Shown here one piece after another: positions 1 to 8,703 of a DNA stretch of 64,000 nucleotides; within the stretch, counting starts at the first letter, position 1; the number at the start of each line of letters is the position of its first letter. Source of the stretch: Thermoleophilia bacterium (GTDB lineage: Bacteria; Actinomycetota; Thermoleophilia; Gaiellales; Gaiellaceae). Made by a program: the position numbers and the translations under genes. The notes under the pieces are model-generated. The model ran no database searches, had not been told where the DNA came from, and saw nothing but the letters and a program-made list of their open reading frames with translations. Where the stretch lies: NCBI GenBank assembly GCA_025934995.1, contig JAICWC010000001.1:759-64758 (forward strand). The letters are read 5' to 3'.

Positions 1-1247
1 GCCTGGATCATCCCGTGGATGTCGTCGGGCGTGGTCTCCCAGCCGACGAGGATGACGGACTCCCCCGCTTTGCCGCGCTCCTCGGCGGTGTCGGCGTCCA
101 ACACGATCTTCCCGCAGGCGGCGCCCGGCGACGCATTCAGTCCACGCGCCGCGACCTCGAACTCGGCGGTCGGGTCGAGCATCGGATGCAGCAGCTGGTC
201 GAGTTGCGTCGGGTCGATGCGCGCGATCGCCTCTTCCCTCGTGATCAGCGACTCCGCTGCCATGTCGACGGCGCACTTGACCGCGGCCGCCGCCGTCCGC
301 TTCGCCGAGCGCGTCTGCAGCAGGTACAGCCGCCCCTCCTCGATCGTGAACTCGATGTCCTGCATGTCTCGGTAGTGCTGCTCGAGCCGGGCCATCGTGT
401 CGACGAGCCGGTCGAACGCCTCCGGGAGCCGCTCGCGCATCTCCTCGATCGGCTGCGGCGTGCGGATGCCGGCGACGACGTCCTCGCCCTGCGCGTTGAC
501 GAGGTATTCGCCGTAGAGCCCCTGCTCGCCCGTCGACGGGTCGCGTGTGAAGCACACGCCGGTCGCGCTCTGGTCGCCCTTGTTCCCGAACACCATCTGC
601 ACGACGTTGACGGCGGTGCCGATGTCGTCGGGGATGTCGTACGTCCGCCGATACACCTGCGCGCGAGGCGAGTTCCACGAGTCGAAGACGGCGACGATCG
701 CTCGCCGCAGCTGCTCGCGCGCGTCCTGCGGAAAGTCGCGGCCCGTCTCTGCGTTGTAAGCGGCCCGCGCCGTCTCCACCGTGTCGTCGACACGAAACCG
801 GTCGTGCGGCACGCCGTCCACCGTCTCGCCGTACATCTGGATCAGGCGGCGATAGCAGTCCTGCGCGAAGTCCTCCTTCCCGGTCGAGCGTGCCAGCCCC
901 TGCACGGCCACGTCGTTCAGCCCGACGTTGAGGATCGTGTCCATCATCCCGGGCATCGAGATCGCGGCGCCGCTCCGCACGGACACGAGCAGCGGGTCCT
1001 CCGGATCGCCGAATCGCTTCCCGGCCCGCTCCTCGAGTCGTGCGATGTGCTCGGCGACCTCGTCTTCGAGGCCATCCGGCAGGCCGCCCTCGCGCAGGTA
1101 CGCGCGGCAGGCGTCGGTCGTGATCGTGAACCCGGCCGGAACCGGGACTCCGAGCTGCGTCATCTCGGCCAGGCCGACGCCCTTGCCGCCGAGGAGCTCC
1201 TTCCCGCCGCCCGACGGCTCGTCGAAGTCGTATACGTATCCGGTCAT
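1..1247 (-). CDS. ppdK: Pyruvate, phosphate dikinase (5' part; runs off the window start)
   Basis: Not in the ORF track. My translation from ATG at 1247 gives MTGYVYDFDEPSGGGKELLGGKGVGLAEMTQLGVPVPAGFTITTDAC..., then SVRSGAAISMPGMMDTILNVG, the classic PPDK N-terminus. Confidence 0.95.
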   Translation of the reverse strand, partial: MTGYVYDFDEPSGGGKELLGGKGVGLAEMTQLGVPVPAGFTITTDACRAYLREGGLPDGLEDEVAEHIARLEERAGKRFGDPEDPLLVSVRSGAAISMPGMMDTILNVGLNDVAVQGLARSTGKEDFAQDCYRRLIQMYGETVDGVPHDRFRVDDTVETARAAYNAETGRDFPQDAREQLRRAIVAVFDSWNSPRAQVYRRTYDIPDDIGTAVNVVQMVFGNKGDQSATGVCFTRDPSTGEQGLYGEYLVNAQGEDVVAGIRTPQPIEEMRERLPEAFDRLVDTMARLEQHYRDMQDIEFTIEEGRLYLLQTRSAKRTAAAAVKCAVDMAAESLITREEAIARIDPTQLDQLLHPMLDPTAEFEVAARGLNASPGAACGKIVLDADTAEERGKAGESVILVGWETTPDDIHGMIQ

Positions 1248-1899
1248 GGGCGCTGGTAGTCAAGCACGGCGGATCGTCGGCATGGGCGGATTCCCCGGCG
1301 AGCGCCTCTGGAATCACGTCCTCGAGCTTGCGGGCGGCAACCGCGTCCTCGTCGACCATGCCGCCTACCCGGAGTACGGCCCGGTGGTCGACGGGCTGCC
1401 GGGCGACTTCACGCACCTTTCGTTCTATCCGTACCCGCCGGAGAACCTGCGCGCGCTCGCGCTCTCGAGCGACGCGATCCTCGTCTGCGGCGGCAACACG
1501 GCGAACATGCTCGCCGTCTGGCGCGTCCACGGCTTCGACGCGATCCTCCGGGAGGCCTGGGAGGCAGGCGTCCTCCTCACGGGCTGGAGCGCCGGGATGA
1601 TCTGCTGGTTCGAGGCCGGGGTCACCGACTCGTTCGGGCCGCAGCTGGCAGGGATGCGCGACGGGCTCGGCTTCCTGCCCGGGAGCGCCTGTCCGCACTA
1701 CGACGGCGAAGAGCTGCGCCGGCCGGTCTACACCAAGCTTGCCCGCGAGGGGTTCCCGCCCGGGATCGCACTCGACGACGGCGTCGCGGCGCACTACGTC
1801 GGCACCGAGCTGCACGAGATCGTCACCGACCGGCCGGAGGCCGCCGGCTACCGCGTCGGCCCCGAGGGCGAGACGCGGCTCGAGACGAGCGTTATCTAG
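1246..1899 (+). CDS. Peptidase E / S51 family (class I glutamine amidotransferase-like)
   Basis: RRIVGMGG, VCGGNTANMLAVW, GWSAG nucleophile elbow and CPHYD. ATG 1246 is the only nearby in-frame start before the first conserved strand. Confidence 0.85.
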   Translation: MGAGSQARRIVGMGGFPGERLWNHVLELAGGNRVLVDHAAYPEYGPVVDGLPGDFTHLSFYPYPPENLRALALSSDAILVCGGNTANMLAVWRVHGFDAILREAWEAGVLLTGWSAGMICWFEAGVTDSFGPQLAGMRDGLGFLPGSACPHYDGEELRRPVYTKLAREGFPPGIALDDGVAAHYVGTELHEIVTDRPEAAGYRVGPEGETRLETSVI

Positions 1900-1908
1900 G
1901 TCTCGGAT

Positions 1909-1922
1909 CCCTCCAAGGAGGG
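1909..1922. promoter_or_regulatory. Palindrome CCCTCC-AA-GGAGGG, candidate regulator binding site
   Basis: Perfect 6-2-6 inverted repeat about 100 nt upstream of the metallopeptidase start. Confidence 0.3.
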
Positions 1923-2022
1923 GCACGGGCGCGTTTCGCGGCGACCGATATTTGCGGCGTAGACAACGCCGCAGCCTCTGAGCACGGGGTCGCCCCGAGG
2001 CACTGACAAGGAGTCGCCGCCC

Positions 2023-3954
2023 ATGTGCTCTGCCCGCCGCCACCTCGGGTTCTTCCTGCCTTTGCTCGTCCTCGCCGTGCTCGCGGGCGCAACCGGTTCC
2101 GCCGCACAGTCGAGGACCCACACGCAGGCTTTCGTGGGCATGCTCGTCGAGCAGCATGGCGACTCGTTCGCCACCGGCCGGGAGTCGCGGCCCTCCTTCG
2201 CCGTCGAGAGCGGCGGACGCGTTCTGCCGCTTCAGCTCGGCCGGCGGCGCGGTGAGGCCCTCGTCGGCAGGCGCGTGCGCGTCGTGCGCTCGCGCGGTCG
2301 GGCGCGCGTGATCCCCCTTCCGGGCCGGCGCCTCTCCGCAAGCGCGGGCGTCACGGGCGCGAAGCGCGTCGCCGTCCTCCTCGTCAACTTCTCGAACGAC
2401 ACGAGCCAGCCGTTCACGACGGCGTTCGCCGCGGGTGTCGCATTCATGAACAGCAATTCGGTCGCGGCGTACTACGCCGACAGCTCATGGGGCCAGCTCT
2501 CGCTGAGCGGCAACGTCTTCGGCTGGTACACGCTGCCCGACAGCGACACGAGCTGCAACACCGCAACCTGGGCGAACGACGCGAACAAGGCGGCTGCAGA
2601 CGCCGGCGTCAACCTCGGCGCCTACACGAACGTCGTCTACGCGTTTCCGCTCGCTTCGAGCTGTTCGTGGAACGGCTGGGCCGACCTGCCCGGCACGCGC
2701 TCGTGGCTGAACGGCCCGAGCGCAATGACGCTCCAGGAGATGTCGCACGAGCTCGGGCACAACTTCGGGCTGGACCATGCGAGCTCGTACGTGTGCACCG
2801 AAAACGGTGTGCGCGTCGCACTCTCCGCGAACCCGGCGAACTGCACGATTGGCGACTACGGCGACCCGTTCAGCGTCATGGGCGCCGGCAAGCACTACGG
2901 CCAGACGAACTTCGCGCGCGGCGTCCTCGGCTGGCTGTCTGCCGCGAACACGCGCACCGTCACCTCGTCCGGCGACTACGCGCTCGCACCGATCGAGACC
3001 TACGATCCGACCGCAGTCGACACATTGCGCGTCCAGCGGACCTCCGGGACGTACTTCACGCTCGAGTTCCGCCAGCCCGCGCCGATCTTCGACACGTTCT
3101 CGTTCACGGACTCCGCGGTCACCGGTGTCTCGGTCCGCGTCACGCCCGCGTCCGGCGATCCGCGGTCGCTGCTCGTCGACACCACGCCGGGCTCGATGAT
3201 GAGCTACTTCGACGCGCCCCTCGCGCTCGGCAAGACGCTCGTCGATCCCCTGAGCGGGATCTCGATCTCGGTCGTCGACATCTCTCCCCTCGGCGCGCTC
3301 GTGCGGCTCGCCCTGCCCGGAAGCCCGGTAACGGCGGACACGACACCGCCGACGCAGCCCGTCGGGCTCGTGACGACGAGCGTCGATTCGAGCGACGTCG
3401 GCCTCACCTGGACGGCGAGCACCGACGACGTCGGAGTCACGGGCTACCGCGTCTACCGCAACTCCGCACTCGTCGCGACCGTGGCCTCGCCCGGTTTCGT
3501 CGACAGCGGCCTTTCGGCGGGAACGACCTACGCCTACGACGTCGTCGCCTTCGACGCCGCCGGCAACTCGAGCGTCGCGGCGAGCGTCTCGGCGACGACG
3601 AGCGCGGCTGCTGCCCCGGCCACGACAACGACTGGCACGACGACGACGACCACCACGACGACCACGCCTTCCGCTCCGCCGGCGGACACGATTCCGCCGA
3701 GCACACCGGCAAACCTCGCCGGCACGGTCGGGAAGGCGAAGAAGGTCACTCTGTCGTGGAGCGCGAGCACCGACAACGTCGGCGTCGCCGGCTACACCGT
3801 CTACCGGAACGGCGCCGCCGTCGGCACCACCTCGTCCCCCGGCTTCACGGACTCGCCCGGCGGCAGGACGGTCAATGCGACGTACTACGTCGTGGCGTAC
3901 GACGCGGCCGGCAACGTCAGCCCGGCGTCGGGCTCGGTCGCCGTTCAGGGATGA
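2023..3954 (+). CDS. Secreted zinc metallopeptidase (M11/gametolysin-like) with two fibronectin type III modules
   Basis: Signal peptide; HELGHNFGLDH (HExxHxxGxxH); YGDPFSVMG Met-turn; two DTxPPxxP...WxASTDxVGVxGYxVYRN repeats separated by a Thr-rich linker; AAGGAG RBS. Confidence 0.85.
   Translation: MCSARRHLGFFLPLLVLAVLAGATGSAAQSRTHTQAFVGMLVEQHGDSFATGRESRPSFAVESGGRVLPLQLGRRRGEALVGRRVRVVRSRGRARVIPLPGRRLSASAGVTGAKRVAVLLVNFSNDTSQPFTTAFAAGVAFMNSNSVAAYYADSSWGQLSLSGNVFGWYTLPDSDTSCNTATWANDANKAAADAGVNLGAYTNVVYAFPLASSCSWNGWADLPGTRSWLNGPSAMTLQEMSHELGHNFGLDHASSYVCTENGVRVALSANPANCTIGDYGDPFSVMGAGKHYGQTNFARGVLGWLSAANTRTVTSSGDYALAPIETYDPTAVDTLRVQRTSGTYFTLEFRQPAPIFDTFSFTDSAVTGVSVRVTPASGDPRSLLVDTTPGSMMSYFDAPLALGKTLVDPLSGISISVVDISPLGALVRLALPGSPVTADTTPPTQPVGLVTTSVDSSDVGLTWTASTDDVGVTGYRVYRNSALVATVASPGFVDSGLSAGTTYAYDVVAFDAAGNSSVAASVSATTSAAAAPATTTTGTTTTTTTTTTPSAPPADTIPPSTPANLAGTVGKAKKVTLSWSASTDNVGVAGYTVYRNGAAVGTTSSPGFTDSPGGRTVNATYYVVAYDAAGNVSPASGSVAVQG
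3337..3918 (+). repeat. Duplicated FN3 module (about 3337-3570 and 3685-3918) around an ACN-rich Thr linker
   Basis: Similar peptide and DNA in both copies (gcgagcaccgac, gtctacc, gacgcNgccggcaac). Confidence 0.8.
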
Positions 3955-3960
3955 GCGACT

Positions 3961-3986
3961 GAGGGGCCCCGTCGCCGGGGCCCCTC
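3961..3986. terminator. Hairpin between convergent genes (probable bidirectional terminator)
   Basis: GAGGGGCCCC-gtcgcc-GGGGCCCCTC, a perfect 10-bp stem. Confidence 0.75.
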
Positions 3987-4017
3987 GATGCCGTTCATGC
4001 GTCAGAGACGCTCGTGC

Positions 4018-5739
4018 CTATGCCTCGCGGTTCAGGCAGCCGAGCAGCAGGTTCATCGCGCCGATCTGCGCCTGCGTGGTCGAGCCGCCGCTTGCGCTGT
4101 GGTCGATCAGGTTGACGGCCGCCGCAAACGCACCGTTCACGGTGCTCGAAGCCGTCAGGCCCGCGGTGAGATTCGCCGCGCACCCGAGTACGCCGATCGA
4201 CTGGCCCGTGAAGCCCGAAACCAGCTTGATGTTGTACCCGAGCGCCAATGTCTGCGCCGCGAGCGTGTTCAAGCTGCCCTCGTTGATACCCGTTGCCAGA
4301 GTGCAGTCCTTCGTGTTCGTTGCGGCGCCGACCGAGAAGATGCTCGGCGACCCCTTGCCGCACGCGTTCAGGGTGTTGGGCAGCACCTTCGCCGACTCCG
4401 ACTGCGTGTCGATGTTCGACCCGCGACCGATCGCGACTGCGTTGACCGCGTAGCCGCCGGCGCCGAGGATCCTGGCGATGCCGTTCTGGTTGCCCCAGAA
4501 GCCCATCGTCTTGCCGAGCTGGAACACCGTCAGCGGTTCACAGGCGCTGTCCGAGCCCGTGTAGTCGTTGTTCCCGCCATAGTGCGCCGAGAAGGCATAG
4601 CTGCCTGCGGCGAGCGGCCCTTCGGCGGTCGACGGGTCAGCGACGCCGTTGACGAGCGCAACAGTTCCCGCAGCTTCAGCGGTTCCGGTGGCGCAGTCGC
4701 CGCCGCGGTAGAAGGTGAACACGACGTTGCCGGTCGGCGTGAACGCCGCCGGCGTACCCGTCACCGTCGCCGAGTCGTGGACGACGCTGTTGGCCGAGGA
4801 GATCGGCCCGGTGACGACGACCGGCCCGCCGATCCCGTCGGTCGCGCCCAGGTGGATGGCCGTGCTCGTGCCCGTGGTGCCCTGACTGATCGTGAAGGGC
4901 TCGCAGTCGCCGATCGCGTCGGCCACCTTGCTGCTGTCGCCGCTGACGAAGACCGCGATATACGAATAGCTGCCCGCATGGAGTGGGCCTTCGACGAGCG
5001 CTGGATCCAGCCCGCCGGCCGGAGAGGACTGCCCGCCGACGTCGATGCCGGCTAGGTCGGCGACGTCGCCGCTGCACGCGTCGTTATGGAAGAAGCCGAA
5101 GAAGACGGTGCTGTCGGTCGGCAGCGTGCCGCCGCCCGTGAACGTGAGATCGGCCGAGTCGTGCACCGTGCTCCCCAGTGCAGCCGGGTGCAGTTCGTCG
5201 ACGACGGTCGGCGTGCCGCTGTCGGTCGCACCGAGATGGACCGTCGTGCTGATCGCCGACGTCTCGCCGCCGCCGCCGCCGCCGTTGCCGTCACAGACGT
5301 GCGACAGGTTGAGGATGCCGCCGACCGCGTCGGTGGACGCTGCCAGCAGGACATCGGAGGACGGCGTGATCACGTCCCAGTGCAGGACGCCGCCGACGTG
5401 CTTGGAGTACACGACATCCGGCGTCGTCACACCGGCATTCTGGAACTCAGCGCGCAGGCTGCCGGAGTTCACGGCAGACGTCTGCACGAGGACGAAGTGC
5501 CAGAGCACGTCCCCGTTCGTGGGCGTGAAGTCCGAGCAGTCCTGGGTGAACGTCGTCGAGTCGGAGCCCACCTGCGAGCTATGCAGGTCGGTGCCCGCGA
5601 TCGACGTATACGTCACTCCGGTGTCGAACCCGCCGACGGGCGTCGCAGCTCCGCTGCCCGCCACCATCAACGCGACGACCGCTGCCGCCGCGAGCGCTGT
5701 GAGGCCCGCGATTACGCGCAGGCCGAACCGTTTTCTCAT
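4018..5739 (-). CDS. Secreted protein with two tandem Ig-like repeats and a C-terminal helical domain
   Basis: MRKRFG signal peptide after a GGAGG RBS; two repeats (STxxHLGATD...VHDSA...C...EGPLxAGSYS/A...CEPxT); C-terminal GKTMGFWGN...LAAQTLAL segment. Confidence 0.8.
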   Translation of the reverse strand: MRKRFGLRVIAGLTALAAAAVVALMVAGSGAATPVGGFDTGVTYTSIAGTDLHSSQVGSDSTTFTQDCSDFTPTNGDVLWHFVLVQTSAVNSGSLRAEFQNAGVTTPDVVYSKHVGGVLHWDVITPSSDVLLAASTDAVGGILNLSHVCDGNGGGGGGETSAISTTVHLGATDSGTPTVVDELHPAALGSTVHDSADLTFTGGGTLPTDSTVFFGFFHNDACSGDVADLAGIDVGGQSSPAGGLDPALVEGPLHAGSYSYIAVFVSGDSSKVADAIGDCEPFTISQGTTGTSTAIHLGATDGIGGPVVVTGPISSANSVVHDSATVTGTPAAFTPTGNVVFTFYRGGDCATGTAEAAGTVALVNGVADPSTAEGPLAAGSYAFSAHYGGNNDYTGSDSACEPLTVFQLGKTMGFWGNQNGIARILGAGGYAVNAVAIGRGSNIDTQSESAKVLPNTLNACGKGSPSIFSVGAATNTKDCTLATGINEGSLNTLAAQTLALGYNIKLVSGFTGQSIGVLGCAANLTAGLTASSTVNGAFAAAVNLIDHSASGGSTTQAQIGAMNLLLGCLNREA

Positions 5740-6020
5740 GCTGTACTCGCCCTCCAAAATTCGCCGTTATGACCCACTCGTCCTCGCATTCCGCAGCTAC
5801 CGCACGACCGACGCCTTTATTTCCGTCCGCATTCGTAGTACGATCCTTCTCGACGGTTTTCCACCGGTTTCTCCACCGACGCTATGCCTGCCCGTGCGGT
5901 CGGAACAGAGGGCGAATGCGGTAACTCGGGCCGCCGGTTCTTGCTGTACCTGCGTCCGGGTTTCGCAGTACCGATGGCTGGACCGGTGCTACTGCAGACG
6001 CGGTAGACCGAGCGTGGAGG

Positions 6021-6659
6021 ATGTCAGCCGAACGAGTCACGGTCCTGGTCGCCGACGACCACGCCCCGCTGCGGGCGCTCGTTCGGGACCTGCTCGAGCA
6101 GGCGGGCTATGCAGTCGCGGAGGCGGCGACGGGGACGGAGGCGGTCCAGTTCCTCGACAGCACGCGTCTGGCGGTCGTCCTCCTCGACGTGAACCTCCCC
6201 GGCCTCAACGGCTACGAGGTCTGCCGCCGCATCCGCGACCGGTTCAACCGGGATATCGGGATCATCTTCATCTCCGGCGAGCGCGTCGAGACGTACGACC
6301 GCAGCGCCGGCCTGCTCGTCGGCGGCGACGACTATCTCACCAAGCCCTTCGACCCGAGCGAGCTCGTCGCGCGCGTGCGCCGGCTCGCCCCGCTGACGGC
6401 GCGGTACAAGCTCGCCGCGGACGCAGCAGCCGACCAGCTCGCAATCCTCACCCCGCGAGAGCGCGAGGTCGTCCTGCTGCTGGCCGACGGGCTCGACCAG
6501 GACGAGATCGCCGACCGGCTGTTCATCAGCCCGAAGACCGTCGCGACCCACATCCAACACGTCCTGGGGAAGCTCGACGTCCGGAACCGGGCTCAGGCCG
6601 TGTCGCTCGTCCTCCACGATTCGGTGCGCGAAAGCGAACGGCTTCTCCGCGCCGAATGA
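6021..6659 (+). CDS. Response regulator, REC domain plus LuxR/NarL-type HTH
   Basis: VADDH, LLDVNLPG (phosphoacceptor Asp), DYLTKPF, LTPREREV...IADRLFISPKTVATH; GGAGG RBS. Confidence 0.92.
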   Translation: MSAERVTVLVADDHAPLRALVRDLLEQAGYAVAEAATGTEAVQFLDSTRLAVVLLDVNLPGLNGYEVCRRIRDRFNRDIGIIFISGERVETYDRSAGLLVGGDDYLTKPFDPSELVARVRRLAPLTARYKLAADAAADQLAILTPREREVVLLLADGLDQDEIADRLFISPKTVATHIQHVLGKLDVRNRAQAVSLVLHDSVRESERLLRAE

Positions 6660-6747
6660 GGAAGAAAGCCTTCCCGTCGGCCGTCTTGGCTGATACCAAT
6701 TGCCGGGCCTGGCGGCCCGGCCCCAATCGAGAGAGGGGTCAAGCTTG

Positions 6748-7704
6748 ATGCGCAGACTCATCGGTCTCGCAGCAATCGTCGGGACGGCAATTCTCGCTGT
6801 GGGCGCGGCGTCGGCCGCGCCGCCGAGCAGTGACACGTTCACGCCGCAGCCGGGCCACGGCATCGTGCCGACCTGGGCAGCGTCGATAGCGATGCCGTGG
6901 GCGAACGGGGCATACCGGGCCACCTACGGCTCGGGCTCGCTCCGCTATCACGGCGGGCCGACGATGACGACCAACACGACGTACGCCATCTACTGGCAGC
7001 CGTCGAACTGGTCGCAGCAGTTCCCGTCCGGCTACTCGACGCTCGTCGACCAGTACTTCGGCGACGTCGCGGCGGACAGCGGCAAGACGAGCAACGTCTA
7101 CTACACCGAGACGCAATACAGCGGCATCCAGTACAAGTCGACGTTCGCCGGCTCGGCGGTCGACACGGATCCCTTGCCCGCGAGCGGCTGTAGCGATTCT
7201 GCGTCCAGCGTGTGCGTCAGCGACGCGCAGCTCGCGACGGAGGTCTCGCACTTCACCTCGTCGCACGGGCTACCGCAAAACTCGACCACGGAGTACTTCG
7301 TGTACTTCGCCCCGGGCGTCGGCAGCTGCCTCGGCTCGGCCGGATGTGCGTTCGTGAACTACTGCGCGTACCACAACTCGTCCGGGTCGCTGATCTACGC
7401 GAACATGCCGTATGTCGAGAACGTCTCGGGTTGCGATGCGGGCCACCACCCGAACTCGCAGCTGGGCGACGCAACGATCAACGTCACCTCGCACGAGCAC
7501 AACGAGTCGATCACGGACGAGTTCGGCAATGCGTGGTACGACGTCCAGGGCTACGAGGACGGCGACAAGTGCGCCTGGTCGTGGGGCGCCTGGCTCGGCG
7601 GCTCGGGCTCGACCGTCTACAACCAGTCGATCAACGGCCACCACTACGCGCTCCAGCTCGAGTATTCGAACAGGGATCGCGGCTGCGTCGAGACCGGCCT
7701 CTAG
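6748..7704 (+). CDS. Secreted Cys-rich protein, Phi-1/EXORDIUM-like, with HExxE motif
   Basis: Signal peptide; LRYHGGP, YAIYW, YCAYH, SHEHNESITD, WYD...EDGDKCAW. Confidence 0.7.
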   Translation: MRRLIGLAAIVGTAILAVGAASAAPPSSDTFTPQPGHGIVPTWAASIAMPWANGAYRATYGSGSLRYHGGPTMTTNTTYAIYWQPSNWSQQFPSGYSTLVDQYFGDVAADSGKTSNVYYTETQYSGIQYKSTFAGSAVDTDPLPASGCSDSASSVCVSDAQLATEVSHFTSSHGLPQNSTTEYFVYFAPGVGSCLGSAGCAFVNYCAYHNSSGSLIYANMPYVENVSGCDAGHHPNSQLGDATINVTSHEHNESITDEFGNAWYDVQGYEDGDKCAWSWGAWLGGSGSTVYNQSINGHHYALQLEYSNRDRGCVETGL

Positions 7705-7711
7705 GACCGCT

Positions 7712-7888
7712 CTAACCGGGCGCGGTGCCGCGACGGCGCCGCGCCCGGAACTCCGCGAGCCACGCGACCGCGCGCAACCCCATCCAGATCGGCGTCAGCA
7801 GGACGTAGAACACGAAGTCCGCGACGACGATCAGCGACCACCACAGCACCCAGTAGCGCAGGGGCACATGCCCCTTCTCGTTCCTCAC
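7712..7888 (-). CDS. Small membrane protein (58 aa)
   Basis: Not in the ORF track. MRNEKGHVPLRYWVLWWSLIVVADFVFYVLLTPIWMGLRAVAWLAEFRARRRRGTAPG; GTGA overlap with the PDRP stop; GC3-rich codons. Confidence 0.7.
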   Translation of the reverse strand: MRNEKGHVPLRYWVLWWSLIVVADFVFYVLLTPIWMGLRAVAWLAEFRARRRRGTAPG

Positions 7889-8703
7889 GCCGCGTTCTTC
7901 CGCTCCTCGACGACGCGCAGGATGCGGTGCGCGGTCTCCTCGATCGACAGCTCGGAGATGTCGATCACCGGGCAGCCGAGCTTGCGGTGCAGCTTCGAGG
8001 CCTCCTCGAGCTCTTCGTAGATCTCGAGCAGCTCGGCGTACCGGCGGTTGCGCGACGCGCCCATCGATCGCACGCGCGCGCGTCGGATCTCCATCAAGCG
8101 GTTCGGGTCGATCGTCACGCCGACGATCTTCCGCTGATCGATCTCGAACAGCTCCTTCGGCGGCGCGATCCCCTTGACGACGGGGACGTTCGCCGCCTTC
8201 TGCCCGAGATAGCCGAGATAGATGGAGAGCGGCGTCTTCGACGTCCGTGAGACGCCGACGAGGATGACGTCCGCTTCCTGCAGGCCGCGACCGACGCCGT
8301 CGTCGAAGCGAACGGCGAACTCGATCGCCTCCATCCGCTTGAAGTACGCGGAGTTGAGCGGCGGCCGCGAGCCGGGGCTCATCTTCGCCGCCCGGCCGGA
8401 GACGCGTGCGACGGCGTCGATCGGGTGTCCGAGCAGGTCGCAGTAGTGGAGTCGGGTGCGCCGGCAGAGCGCGCGCATCGCGCTGCGCATCTCCGGGTCG
8501 ACGAGGGTGTAGACGACGACGGCCGGCCTTCCCTTCATGCGGCTGACGGCGATGTGCAGGTCATCCTCCGTCTCGACCCGCGGATGCCGGATCTCGACGA
8601 ACTCCTGGTCGGGGAACTGCGCCTCGAGTGCCTGCACGAGCCGCGCCGCCGTCTCGCCGGTGGCGTCGCTGACGACGTGCAGCTCGACCGGGGTCTTCGT
8701 CAC
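7885..8703 (-). CDS. PPDK/PEP-synthase regulatory protein (kinase-pyrophosphorylase, DUF299)
   Basis: VSDATGETA, EAIEFAVRFDDG, LVGVSRTSKTPLSIYL, SIEETA. Confidence 0.93.
   Translation of the reverse strand: MTKTPVELHVVSDATGETAARLVQALEAQFPDQEFVEIRHPRVETEDDLHIAVSRMKGRPAVVVYTLVDPEMRSAMRALCRRTRLHYCDLLGHPIDAVARVSGRAAKMSPGSRPPLNSAYFKRMEAIEFAVRFDDGVGRGLQEADVILVGVSRTSKTPLSIYLGYLGQKAANVPVVKGIAPPKELFEIDQRKIVGVTIDPNRLMEIRRARVRSMGASRNRRYAELLEIYEELEEASKLHRKLGCPVIDISELSIEETAHRILRVVEERKNAA

Noticed and set aside
15..1259. 414-aa + strand ORF
   Set aside because: Antisense shadow of ppdK, which is recognisable on the - strand.
3622..3666. (ACG/ACC)n tract, and a similar one at about 10548-10605
   Set aside because: Thr-rich protein linkers in frame, not contingency loci.
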